Shown in pieces: positions 22,801 through 33,941 of a DNA stretch of 35,797 bases. The notes under the pieces were generated by a model. It ran no database searches. It was not told the origin of the DNA and was given only the letters and a program-made list of their open reading frames with translations. The stretch covers positions 1-35,797 of the forward strand of contig CAJNOH010001581.1 of the NCBI GenBank assembly GCA_905250005.1. Reading direction: 5' to 3'. Every line of letters begins with the position of its first letter. The first letter of the stretch is position 1. The stretch is from Rotaria sordida (Eukaryota). The position numbers were made by a program, and so were the translations under genes.

Positions 22801-25800
22801 CTATTTAATGCATCAAGAAGAAGCTCAAGTGTTCAGCGTTGCTGTTGGTAATTTGCCAGCGAACAATGAAGTTATCATCAAAATAACCTATGTTGCCGAA
22901 TTAGAAATCGAAAATGGCGATATTATTTTTCGTCTTCCAGCCAAAATGACTTCATGGCAATCGAAAAAAGCGATCGAAAACAAAGATCAAACAATTCTAC
23001 GATCTATTGGTATTGTCGATGAAAAAGTTGAATTCAGTTTCAAAGCATCGATTCGAATGCCATACAAAATAGTGAAATTATTTTCGCCAACACATCGTCT
23101 TCGTCGAAAGTTAACTGATTGTATAGCCATGATTGAACTTGTCGATAATATCTTACTTGATCAAGATTTTATTCTTTCGATCGCACTCAACAGTCCTAAT
23201 TTACCTCGAACATCAAATGAAACATTGTCATTGGATGACAACAGTGGAACAACTGACACATCGAACAATCATAATTCTCAAGCATGTATGCTTACCTTTT
23301 ATCCACGATTCGAAACATTGACGAATTCGAACGAACAAATTGAAATTATTTTCATTATTGATGTATCAAATTCAATGGATGGTAGTCATGTACAACAAGC
23401 TAAACAGTTAACTCATTTGTTTCTTACTAATTTGAAAGTTGCCGATGAGAATACATATTTTAATGTAATCACTTTTGGATCAGGTAATAATGTTATATTT
23501 AACAGCGTTATTTTTACTATTCAAATTGGAACTATTTAGATAATGATGAATGTTTTCCTATATCAACACCAATCACAAAAGAAAATCTTGATAAAGCCAA
23601 ACATTTTGTTTTGGTTAGTAGTTTTTCTTCAATCTTCATTTTGTATATAAAAGTATTCTAGCATTCTCTTGTCCATCGTGGTAATACGGATCTATTTGCT
23701 GTTCTTCATCGTTATTCATTATTACCATCGTCATTATCATCGAAATTCGGTCGTCAATTCATTCTTCTATCCGATGGACATATTCACGATCTGAATTCGA
23801 TTCTTGCTCTACTCAAATATCGACCGACTATGCGTCGTGATCGTTTATTTACATGTTCAGTTGGTAATATTGCAAACAAACATGGTTTGAAACAGTTAGC
23901 TAATGGAGCAAATGGAGGTGGTCTAACAACGATATTCGATTCGAACTATCGATCAAAATGGAAAACAAAAGTATTGAACATTCTTGAACAGATCCGACAA
24001 CCTTGTGTTACAAGTATATCTATCGATTGGCATGGTCATTTGGATGAAGAACAAAAATTCAATATGCAAGCACCGAAAATGATTCGATCTTTGTTCAATG
24101 GAATGCGACTTACTGTTTATCGATTCATAGAAAATTGTCACAAGGCAACATTGACGGCTACTATTGATGAGCAAGAATTTGTTACGACTGTATTTAGTAG
24201 TACGATGACAACGACCAGAGGGCGTATTCTACACTGTCTAACTACTCGAGCGATCATCGATGATTATGACAACGGACTATTGGATGTAGATGAGAGCGAA
24301 AACGAATTGATCAAAGCTCAATATCGACGAGATCTCATCGATCTCAGCATCAAATATTCTGTTGTCAGTGCATACACTAGTTTTGTTGCCATCGAAGAAC
24401 GTGATATCAAAACGGATATAAAAACTCTTCAACCAGGTTAGTAAAAAAAGTTGAGATTTTATTGACTAAAGTCATGGGTTGATTAGTAACAGAATAGCAC
24501 AAGAGTAAAAATTTATCTACATCACTATTGAGACATGTACTTTCTGTTATAGGTGTTCGTCTGCCTGAAGTTATGCTGAAGCATGATGTGGACTTACTAC
24601 CATACATGGGATGGGATGGTGATATATCAAACTTGACTTTAATCAAACATAAATTGTTCGATGCGCGTATTTCACTCGAATGTGCATCGATTCAGGGCAA
24701 AAAAGAAACAGTTGCTGATGTTGAAAAACTTTGTCAAAAAATTTCCTATCGAGCAGGTGGTGATGCAAAATTTGGTATGATGATGACTATCATACGCACA
24801 TATCGTTATTCATTGAATGAATACGATAATGCAGATGAACTCGAAGACAAAATGCGAAAGGGTATGTTAATTGATCTAGGATCAAAATTTAAATATATCG
24901 AATTTGAAAAATGAATAGATATAATGACCGAAATGATTAGTGCAACGACAGAAGAACGGCAAGCATTACAACAAAAATGTCTGGCGAACAATTTGATAAT
25001 CACAAATAACGAATTGTAAGTGAAAGAAAGGAAAGAAACATTCAAAAAAAAATGTTGGTGTATTCGTTCTCTTACAGTGAATCAATGGCTAAATACGATG
25101 GTAAGAAGGGAATTTGATCATTCTACTTTGGAAACCTCAATCGAGAGAAAGAAAGTGATTCTATAATTTAGACCAAAATGAAAAAATAAGAATATGCTAT
25201 TCATCATCAAAGCAATGGACAAAAACGAATCTCATGATTATTTTGGTTTCTGTATATCATAGCATCTGAGCAATTCGATTAAGACAGGATAGAGTAAAAA
25301 GTACTTTTTCTATTCAACTTTTAATCGTAGATTTATGTGTCCTCTTTCTATAACGTAGTATAATTTCAACAGAAGGGATCCAAGAAAAATCTTAATAATT
25401 GCATAACATGTCCACACTACGTATATTGATCTTCGACAAACTTACGAGGAAAGGTCACGAACTGATAAATCGCTTTTTAAATTTTAGTCATGCCAATTTG
25501 TAGAGCTTGTTGAGTTATTAACTAATATGATAAACATTCAGACCAACAAATGGGGCTGTAGAGTAAATTTCTAATAATCTAAGTTTCTATTAACCTATCC
25601 ATACCCCTATAGAGCTCCTAAGCACTCCTATAGGACTACTATACGGTATGGACAGATTAATTGAAATTTAGATTATCAGAAATTTACTCTACAGCTGCAT
25701 TGTTGGTTCGAATGACTATTATATCAGTTAATAACTCAACAGGCTCTACAAATTGGCATGACTAAAATTTAAAAAGCGATTTATCAGTTCGTGGCCTTCC

Positions 25801-26334
25801 CTCATCAGTACGAGGGTGAAAATGAATAACCATTGCACGTACTCAATCATCATATTGCATTTTTGCAACTCTAACGGTAGTAGAAAATCATTTTAGAAAG
25901 CTTTGGTGAAGTGACATTAAACGGAATTACTTGGATGTTTTGAAAGAATTATATAGTCTAACTTTAAAGTCTAACCTATACTAAGTAGAACATTTAAGAT
26001 TATCAAAATGAATACCATGTGAAAAAAGTGAAGATCGTTTCCAAAACAATATTTATATTTCATTTTCATAGATTTGGTTCGTATGCTTGGAGCTGATTTC
26101 AAGGATTTAACAACAGTTGAACAAATGGAAAAGATAAGAAAACTATGCAGCATGGTGCGTCAATTCAATGCTACATATAAGAATAATGCCGAAAATTGAA
26201 TATTTCTTTTTCAGTTAGATGAAGTACCAGATTTTATTGGTAAATTATTTATGCCAGCAACAGCAAACCTATCACCAATACCTGAAAAGCAACTTCCAAC
26301 TACAGATAACATGAAGATAGGGGTGCGTGAGTGA
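19877..26334 (+). CDS. PARP4: PARP4/vault-PARP-like poly(ADP-ribose) polymerase with BRCT, a possible WGR-like segment, PARP alpha-helical regulatory, PARP catalytic, VIT and vWA domains plus a C-terminal region. Proposed exons: 19877-20035, 20088-20477, 20535-20831, 20892-21029, 21087-21242, 21292-21452, 21501-21647, 21695-21980, 22189-22339, 22401-22540, 22607-23483, 23540-23613, 23662-24436, 24552-24860, 24919-25015, 25078-25100 (micro-exon), 26072-26154, 26215-26334.
   Basis: BRCT: 'FNGKTIVLELGHEIGFKAKQELINYLREQQAHISYILTAS|TDYV..AKQLGLPIVNVEYVYRC'. Regulatory: 'LDENVCQLIESIWLESIGDLNKMLSISPESITLKT', 'ALRFYSLIPHRQEYNIDLIKNRRALTEKIDLCQ'. Catalytic: 'RQLFHGSKYVNFLGILSR|GLVMPKMVVEDLGVVRTDIGCLGYGIYFSD...LLCICQVALGE' and 'DNEYAIYQLDQQRLLYIVEV', which keeps the PARP H-Y-E triad. 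VIT: 'KPIEAKYVFPLDENSTVCGFEAHINNRIIKGVVKEKEQAKREYREAIQKGHGAYLMHQEEAQVFSVAVGNLPANNEVIIKITYVAELEI'. vWA: 'IEIIFIIDVSNSMDGS...ITFGSD..FPISTP', 'RGNTDLFAVL', 'ILLSDGHIHD', 'SAYTSFVAIEER'. Every proposed junction is frame-consistent with GT..AG and introns of 48-208 bp, except a 971-bp intron (25101-26071) that carries a palindromic element. The track ORF 22331..23539 hides a 66-bp in-frame intron (22541-22606) whose removal restores the VIT consensus. The 3' end is uncertain: the stop at 26332-34 coincides with a possible GTGAGT donor. Confidence 0.8.
25447..25815. mobile_element. Near-perfect palindrome (foldback or MITE-like) of about 370 bp inside the long intron of the PARP4-like gene
   Basis: 25450-25620 is the reverse complement of 25630-25812; for example 'cacgaactgataaatcgctttttaaattttagtcatgccaatttgtagagc' pairs with 'gctctacaaattggcatgactaaaatttaaaaagcgatttatcagttcgtg'. 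The centre lies near 25625. No ORF is present. Confidence 0.8.
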
Positions 26335-27591
26335 AAGAGGGACCATCATCCACAGCTATACTCTGACTGGAAGACAAAATTTCTTTCTCAGTAAAAGTAT
26401 CGCCAAAATACTTCATCCAGTTGAGTTGAAATTGATACCGATGCTAAATCGTTGCGTAGAAAGAGTACAGTAAACATTAGAGCACAAAACATTAAACTGC
26501 GGGTGAGTCATAGGTGGTGTCAAAATCCACAAATTTCAGGATAACATTAAATTAAAGGCGGCACTTTTGGATGGCTTTCTGTTCTCTTAGTACGATAGTA
26601 CTTAGATGTAATTAGTCATCTGTAGAGTAACACTGTTTAGTAATTAAAAGCAAAATTGAGCTTTATTCAGGGTAATCTTAAATGAAAATCTGATGGTTTT
26701 CCAAAAAAAACTGCTGTAAATATTTGAAAGAAAAAAAGAACAATTTAGTAAGAAAAGAACGGCTTCGATCAATATAATTACAAGATATAGGTATTTCGAA
26801 AGAAGAGACTTCACCGCATGTCTCTATAGAAAACAATTCATTTTTGCTTTAGAGGAAAAAAATCAACTTCTGTTGAGAGACCTATTGATTTCTTGTTTAT
26901 AGAAGGTGTTGTTTTTTTACGGCACGAGAAGCATCTCATGCTCAATGGAGTCTAACTGAAGAAGAGGTCTAACTTTTTAAGTTAAGAAGTGTGACCTTTA
27001 GTTACTTATTTTCTTAATCTTTAGGCTTCCTTCATCAAGAATTTGTTTTCAAATAAAACAAATACAAAAACATTAGAAATGATTTCTCAAAACAAAATAT
27101 GTAAAGTATCATGTACTACAGAAAACATACTTGCAAACAAAAATAAAGATTTGACTAGAATAGCAGTCGAATTTCATCAAGACATATTTCTGATAGAGTC
27201 TACATATTACTTCATGTTTTAGTTCTATGTTGATTCTAAACATTGTATTCATTTTATTTTGCAACAAATCCTTGACAGAGAAATTCTACAAAGAAGAAAT
27301 CATTTAGTACTACACTTCATTCTCAGGAGGTTCAGTTAAAATGGAGTACAAGGAAAGATACGATTTCTTTTAGTCTCAAGTATTACATATTTTTTAAGTA
27401 GAATTCATTCAAACTTTATTCGCTTCTCCTCATCGGCAAGATTATATGTCAAGAATATGAAAAATAGGTTTTTTTTAGATTGAATTTTTCATGTTAGCTG
27501 CGAAATTTTTTTTCTCTCTCGGATCACTACCGAATGGCTCCAACACTGCTTATTGTGAACCCGTTCATCCAGTCCTATGATTTATTTCTAG

Positions 27592-28323
<732 letters not shown>

Positions 28324-29171
28324 ACTGTTATTTTTATTAAAGAATATTCCTTCGACTGAAGGGAGGGTCATATGAAAAAAAAATGATTTTGTGTGTCTGT
28401 GTGTTTGTGGCAAGGTCAAAAGAACATCCGCTTAAAGATCAATGCTCAGGTTTCTTCGATATCTAGCTTTCGTCCAATCAGTTTCTTTTGGGTTGCAATT
28501 TCAGCTTATCAAGAGTTTTCGATATTGGCCTTTCGGTCAATCAGATCCTTTTAGCTTGGAGTTCCAGTAAATCAGGGACAAGAATTTATTTAAATCAGCG
28601 GATTTATCTATTGATAGCATATAATACATTTTCACTGTATCAAAAGAAAGCTATAGTTCAGCAGAGTTAGTCCTCGTCCTCAACTACAAACTCTGTCCAT
28701 GGAAATCTCATGATGAGGGTGTCTTCATAGTAGTTGATATATTTTCTAATCCATCAGTGCAAACTAACACATTAGATCGAAAATTTCGAGCGCTTTCAGA
28801 ATATGTTATTATGTTTTTACAAATATCGTGACGATATATTATTTTTTCCAGAGGTATATATGGATTATTCTTATATCGAATTGTTTTTTGACATATGAGA
28901 TTTGTAGATTGACATGATGTAGACATTTAATTTAGTACTGAAATATTTGTTGTGATGTTTTATAGTTGATCGCAGTTGTAGTCAGCGAAGAAGAGTAATT
29001 AATTTGGTGTAACTGTTTGCTTTCTTTTATCAAAAATAAATAGCTTATTTGTCACTTATCTAGACAACAGTATTTTGTAGCTACTGTTGGGGATTATTTT
29101 TAGTGAGGACACCATCAGAATTGCTATCGAAAACAAGTGGTTTGAAACAAGTGTCATTAGAGGAATATGAA

Positions 29172-31327
29172 ATGGCTGATTCATACGATGACAAGGGCAA
29201 AGACGCCGGCGATTCATCTTCGCTTCGATTTACAGACACCCGTGGGCCCTTGTTGACGAATCACGATTTGCCCACTTCGAAGATAATTCTAGCTAATGAA
29301 AAGGAACGCTTGACAGAATCGAATTTTCTTAAGTTACTTTCGAAATCAGAAGAACAACAAATGTCAATGTCTACTGTTGATAAGAAACCGAAGAAAAAGA
29401 AGATGAAAGAAAGGGGTACAGATAAGATCGTTATTAGCATCAAGTTCGTTTCATTGTGTCCGTTATAGAATCAATGCCTGCACTACCATCGGAGCCACCA
29501 CTAGAACCGCCTCAACAACAACCAAGCCCTGGTGCCAAGATACCAATGTATGTATTTTCCGGACTCTGTGTCATGTAGTCATTGATGTTTTCTGTTAGGA
29601 TGTCAGATGGTAAACCAACGTCAGGCTTGACATTACCATGCAACCAGCCATCAGTACAAATATCTGAAGCTGCAGCATTATCGTCTTGTATCGATAATCT
29701 CAAGACTACAAGTAAGATCTGAATTTCGGCCTATTAATATTTATGGTAATTCCTAACTTCAACTAGATTTGAGCTATAATACTTGGACTTCTTGCGCAAA
29801 TAATAGGTTGTTCTTATACGATCAAGAGTTCCGAATGTTTTACGCCTATTTCCGAGGAGGAAGCAGCAATTTATGAGTTTGATGAATTTGATTAAATTTG
29901 AGTGAGTATAATAAGCTAAATTCAAGTCACTGAGACTTACTGAAGTTAAACATGCCACGTTCTGATTTCATGTCCATTTCAGGTCTCGAATTGGCAGCGC
30001 CATTCGATTCGTCTGACCATGTAGTTGATGCTTCTGTATCGGCTCCTCTTTCTTTACCGGAACCACTGTCACCAGACATATCATATCGAACAATATCACT
30101 GTCAAAAGAAGCGGCAAAATCTGCATCCCGCAGTGGTAGCAACTGTATGCAATCTCCAATAGCATCAAAACCGAAGTCAAGTGTTAGTAAGTTAGAATCA
30201 TACAAATTTCTCGATTATTTTGATTAACGATCTGTGAACATAGAAACGCCTTCACGAGTTTTGTCAAAGAGTGGTAAACATGGTAGCATGAGAGTACTTA
30301 TCAGTGAACCACAAAGTTCAGACGATGATACAATAGATGAAATACTATCAATGGATTCGACATATGAAACTGTACAATGTGACGAGATGTCTGACAAAAT
30401 ACATGTGTCAATGGAAAAACGAGATCAACACCGGAAAGTACGTACATTAACATGGAATTTTTCTTATGAAGTTTGATCAACTTGTTAGGAGCAACGGTAT
30501 GACGATGATATGAGAAAGTTTACAAGTGAAAGTGCACAATCAAAATCCACGATTGATAAAAAGACAAGACGATTAGAAATGTGAGTTTTGACAAAGGTGT
30601 GCGACGATTAATTACTAATCGTCATTCTCGATCGATGACTTTGTTTTTAATGAGAATTAAATGAAAATTTAGATCTCGATCAAGAATGACACGTAGTTCA
30701 ACATCCGAAACATCTGTCTGTGATCTACTTCTTCTGGATGTGTGTCCACTTGGTCTAGGCATCGAAGATATTCACGGTAACATGCACACGCTGATTCGTC
30801 GTAATACAATTATTCCAGCGCGAACTGAACTTTATCCAATATTCACAAATGCTTATGCCTATCAAACAACAGCTACCATTCGCATATTTGAAGGTGAACA
30901 TAATCTCACAAAATACAATGTACGTAGTGTTCTAACTTTATAAATTTTATTTTCTAGCCTTCTCTATTATAGATATTATTGGGTGAATTTAGTCTTTCTG
31001 ATCTAGCAAGCAACTTCGCTGCTCAGACACTTGAAATAGCTATTCGTATGGATATCGATGCTAATGGGATACTTCATGTCGATGCTGAAGAAGCACGCTC
31101 GGGCGCGAAAGCTTCATTTACTGTTGGATCCAATCAGCAAAGTTCGACAATTACTTAGATGTTTCATATCATTATTAAATACCGTTCATATTTATCTAGG
31201 GTTGAGCAAAGATGATATTGAACGACATATTACATATGTAGAAAGTGATACAAACTTTGCAGCTAAATCTGGTCAGTATGAAAAAAGTATAAATGATATT
31301 AAATTATTGTTATTCTGTAGTTTATGA
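29172..31327 (+). CDS. Chimeric protein with about 330 aa of disordered Ser/Asp/Lys-rich N-terminus followed by an Hsp70-type substrate-binding domain (beta-sandwich plus the start of the lid) and no nucleotide-binding ATPase domain. Proposed exons 29172-29415, 29983-30186, 30244-30437, 30489-30580, 30673-30919, 30973-31141, 31200-31327.
   Basis: Hsp70 SBD hallmarks: '[135 protein letters not shown]'. Compare canonical DLLLLDVAPLSLGIET...NTTIP...IQVYEGER...[32 protein letters not shown]...GRLSKEDIERMV. No NBD motifs exist anywhere upstream; the upstream exons encode 'MADSYDDKGKDAGDSSSL...KKPKKKKMKER' and 'LELAAPFDSSDHVVDASVSAPLSLPEPLSPDISY...'. All six junctions are phase-consistent. The 31141/31200 junction uses a weak GTTCGA donor but recreates the conserved Arg of 'GRLSK'. 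The 3' end at the 31325-27 stop is uncertain. Confidence 0.65.
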
Positions 31328-31413
31328 TCGCAAACCCAATGATTCATTGTACTTAGTTCGTATTATGTCATCTTTTCATAGTTCGATTTTTCACTTTTTC
31401 TGTCTTTTCTCAG

Positions 31414-32203
31414 CTCGATGGTCAAATCACATCTGTAACACGTAACTTTTCTGGTGAACTTATTACCTCATTCGGTAATTTGTCCTTTGTTGTTGTTTGA
31501 GAGATATACTGCAATTGTATACGAATTCAGGTCAAACGACTGGTGCTCCACTTCTCATTAAACTGAAAAATGTTCAATCTACAAGAACAATGATTGAAGA
31601 ACTCATCAAACTTCAATCCGAGGTAATATCATTTTCAAAGTTTATTACCGATGTATTTTTTTGCATTTGATTCGAATATAGGACGGTTCATTTACGTTGA
31701 ATAAAGATTTAGCTGATATACTTCATATCAATGTTGATATTTTCAATGGCCTAGAACAATATTTACGTGAACAAGGTTTTAACTCGCTTGGTAAGATCGT
31801 ATGATTTATTACGGAGATATGAACTTTAATTTTCTTAGCTTTGAACATACAAGACGAAATTCTTCGTTTAATTGGTACAGGTGTCATTCTTCTTTGGCTC
31901 GTTCTTCAAATGCAAGATTTACAACAACATACGTGTCAATTTTTATTTAACATTGAACAAATCAAAGTGAATTGTTTTTTTCCGATCTTTTCAATTTACA
32001 TTTTACTCTCTCTATGTTGCTAAGGTTTATCTCTGCAACCATTTACCTGCTAACATGAATGAACAAATTAGCAAAGCGATCGAATTCTATCAACAAATAA
32101 GTCAACGTAATGGTATCTATTGTAAACAATTAGAATTGAGCGATTCATCATGGGATATGTTTATTCAACGTATAGTTATTGGCATCGATCATGTCAATAA
32201 GTA
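31414..32203 (+). other. Cluster of exon-like segments with consistent splice phases: 31414-31474, 31531-31622, 31682-31790, 31839-31874/31966, plus a terminal ORF 32025-32203. They may be 3' exons of the Hsp70-like gene or a separate gene fragment.
   Basis: Each segment is bounded by good acceptors ('ttttctcag', 'cgaattcag', 'gaatatag', 'ttttcttag') and donors ('gtaatt', 'gtaata', 'gtaaga', 'gtacag'). The spliced peptide is 'LDGQITSVTRNFSGELITSF|GQTTGAPLLIKLKNVQSTRTMIEELIKLQSE|DGSFTLNKDLADILHINVDIFNGLEQYLREQGFNSL|ALNIQDEILRLI'. The 'LQSEDGSFTL' motif is reminiscent of the C-terminal region of VIT/vWA-family proteins. Linkage to the upstream gene could not be resolved by phase. Confidence 0.4.
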
Positions 32204-32958
32204 AAAAGTGATTCTGAGTGACATCTCTTTTTTTTCTAATAATTTTGCTATTACACTTTTATTATTCTAATCCTGAAGCACTACAATATTGTTTATTCTT
32301 CAACACAAAAAAAATAAAAGAATTAAAGGGTGCGGATCGATGTACGCGTGATAGTAAACATAAGACGTACATTCTCATATTTTTCATGAGTCATGTGTTG
32401 GAAAAAAGCAGTTGCAAGATTTCTCAGTGCAAATCTTGGCGCACAAGTAATTGTTCCTGGCTTACGACTAAATTGATAAATACTTCAATCGTGTTGGAAA
32501 AATCTGAATCAAAGTTTTGTTGAGAGTGTGAGTGAGAACTCAATATAACATCCTCATTCCCATCTATCCACATCCATACATCCAAAATTTGCCATGATCT
32601 AAACGAAGTAGAATGCATGGAAAAACTTGCCATTTCTATCGTTCAACAGACAAATACATTAAAAATTTGTGGTTATTGAGTTGTAAGCTAACAGTAACAT
32701 TCTTTCAGCTAGTAAGTCTCATTTTATTTATTATAGACGTCAAAATATAAGGTAGGTGGTTGTTTTTTGAATAAGTGTCGATAGGAACAAGCTAGAGACC
32801 TGTGATTTTCACCATTCAACAGAGAACAGAGATGAGCATTAGGGATGCACCAGTGCCAGTAACTGAGTGCCCAGTCGAACTGGGACCCAGTCACGACTGG
32901 GCACTTAGTCATTTAACGTTTATTCCGCTAATCGATCAGTACTTCCCTCTTTTCTAAC

Positions 32959-33026
32959 GGTGTGGGTGTCGTTATTGTCTTTATAACCATTCCCACATCC
33001 AAACAACATCCACACCCACACCCACA
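32959..33026. repeat. Mini head-to-head telomere-like hairpin (ggtgtgggtgtc / spacer / cccacatccaaacaacatccacacccacacccac)
   Basis: Read directly from the sequence. Confidence 0.7.
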
Positions 33027-33941
33027 GGATACAAAGGATACCGGGATTCGCTTTTTCTCCCTTATACTTACTTCTCTTTTTTCAAACAGAGATTGCGAAT
33101 AATGTCAAACAATTCTGCTCTCTAATCAGAGTCTATAGCTCATAATGTGTAACTACTACAAGTTGATTCATGACAACAAGCAGCACTTACGTGTTTGCTG
33201 CAGATGGCCTTACTCTAGATTGGCCAGATGCGAGATCTAACTGTACATCATCAACGTATCAAGATTTAGAGAGTTCCAAACATCTGAGTGGCTGATCTAT
33301 AGAAACTTCAATTTATATAATCAAGAGAAGCATCGTTAGTCTAAATAATTTCTTTTTCATTCTTCACAATAAATTCTTGTTAATTTTGTTTTCTTTTTCA
33401 AAAAAAAATGATCGTCTTGAAGAAAAGATCAAGATTCAGTTGTCTGTTTCATCAGATGGGAGGAAGCACCCATAGTTCTACAATCAAGCACACAAATGAA
33501 AGTGCATTGTTACTTCATATCAGTGAATCGATCGAAAACATATATCTAACATCTGACTATATGCATTCGTATAGAAGGAGAGACAAAGTAATTACACTTA
33601 AAGAAAACAACAAGTGTTATTGCACACACTCACGAAGAAAATATTTGATGAAGCTTTGCCAGATGCGTTCGTGATCATTTGACTGCTATGTTAATCAGGG
33701 ATATTTATTTTCTGTATAAATGTTTTGCCTATTCGATTTTCTTCACAATTTATCGTCGAACGCAGCGATCGCTCCCATAGAATGAAGCTATTTACAACTA
33801 CAGGTATCTCATTGTTTTTTGTGACTCGATAAAGTGCATATAACGGATGCTTTTATTAAATTACGACGAATTTAGCCGTGACAGTTGTTCTTTCGTTGAT
33901 ACTGATTGATTTTGGTAAATTAAATAAACATATACTTTCAT

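Noticed and set aside
28861-28906. A possible terminal calmodulin exon ('EVYMDYSYIELFFDI*') after the acceptor 'ttttttccag'
   Set aside because: The phase would fit a donor at 28319, but the peptide is only weakly EF-hand-like and lacks the Ca-binding loop residues, so it is mentioned only as a possibility.
31238-31413. An alternative 176-bp intron joining the Hsp70-like gene (after '...DIERHITY') to the exon chain starting at 31414
   Set aside because: The phase is compatible, but the GTAGAA donor is weak and the resulting protein is no more Hsp70-like than the unspliced reading. The question is left unresolved.
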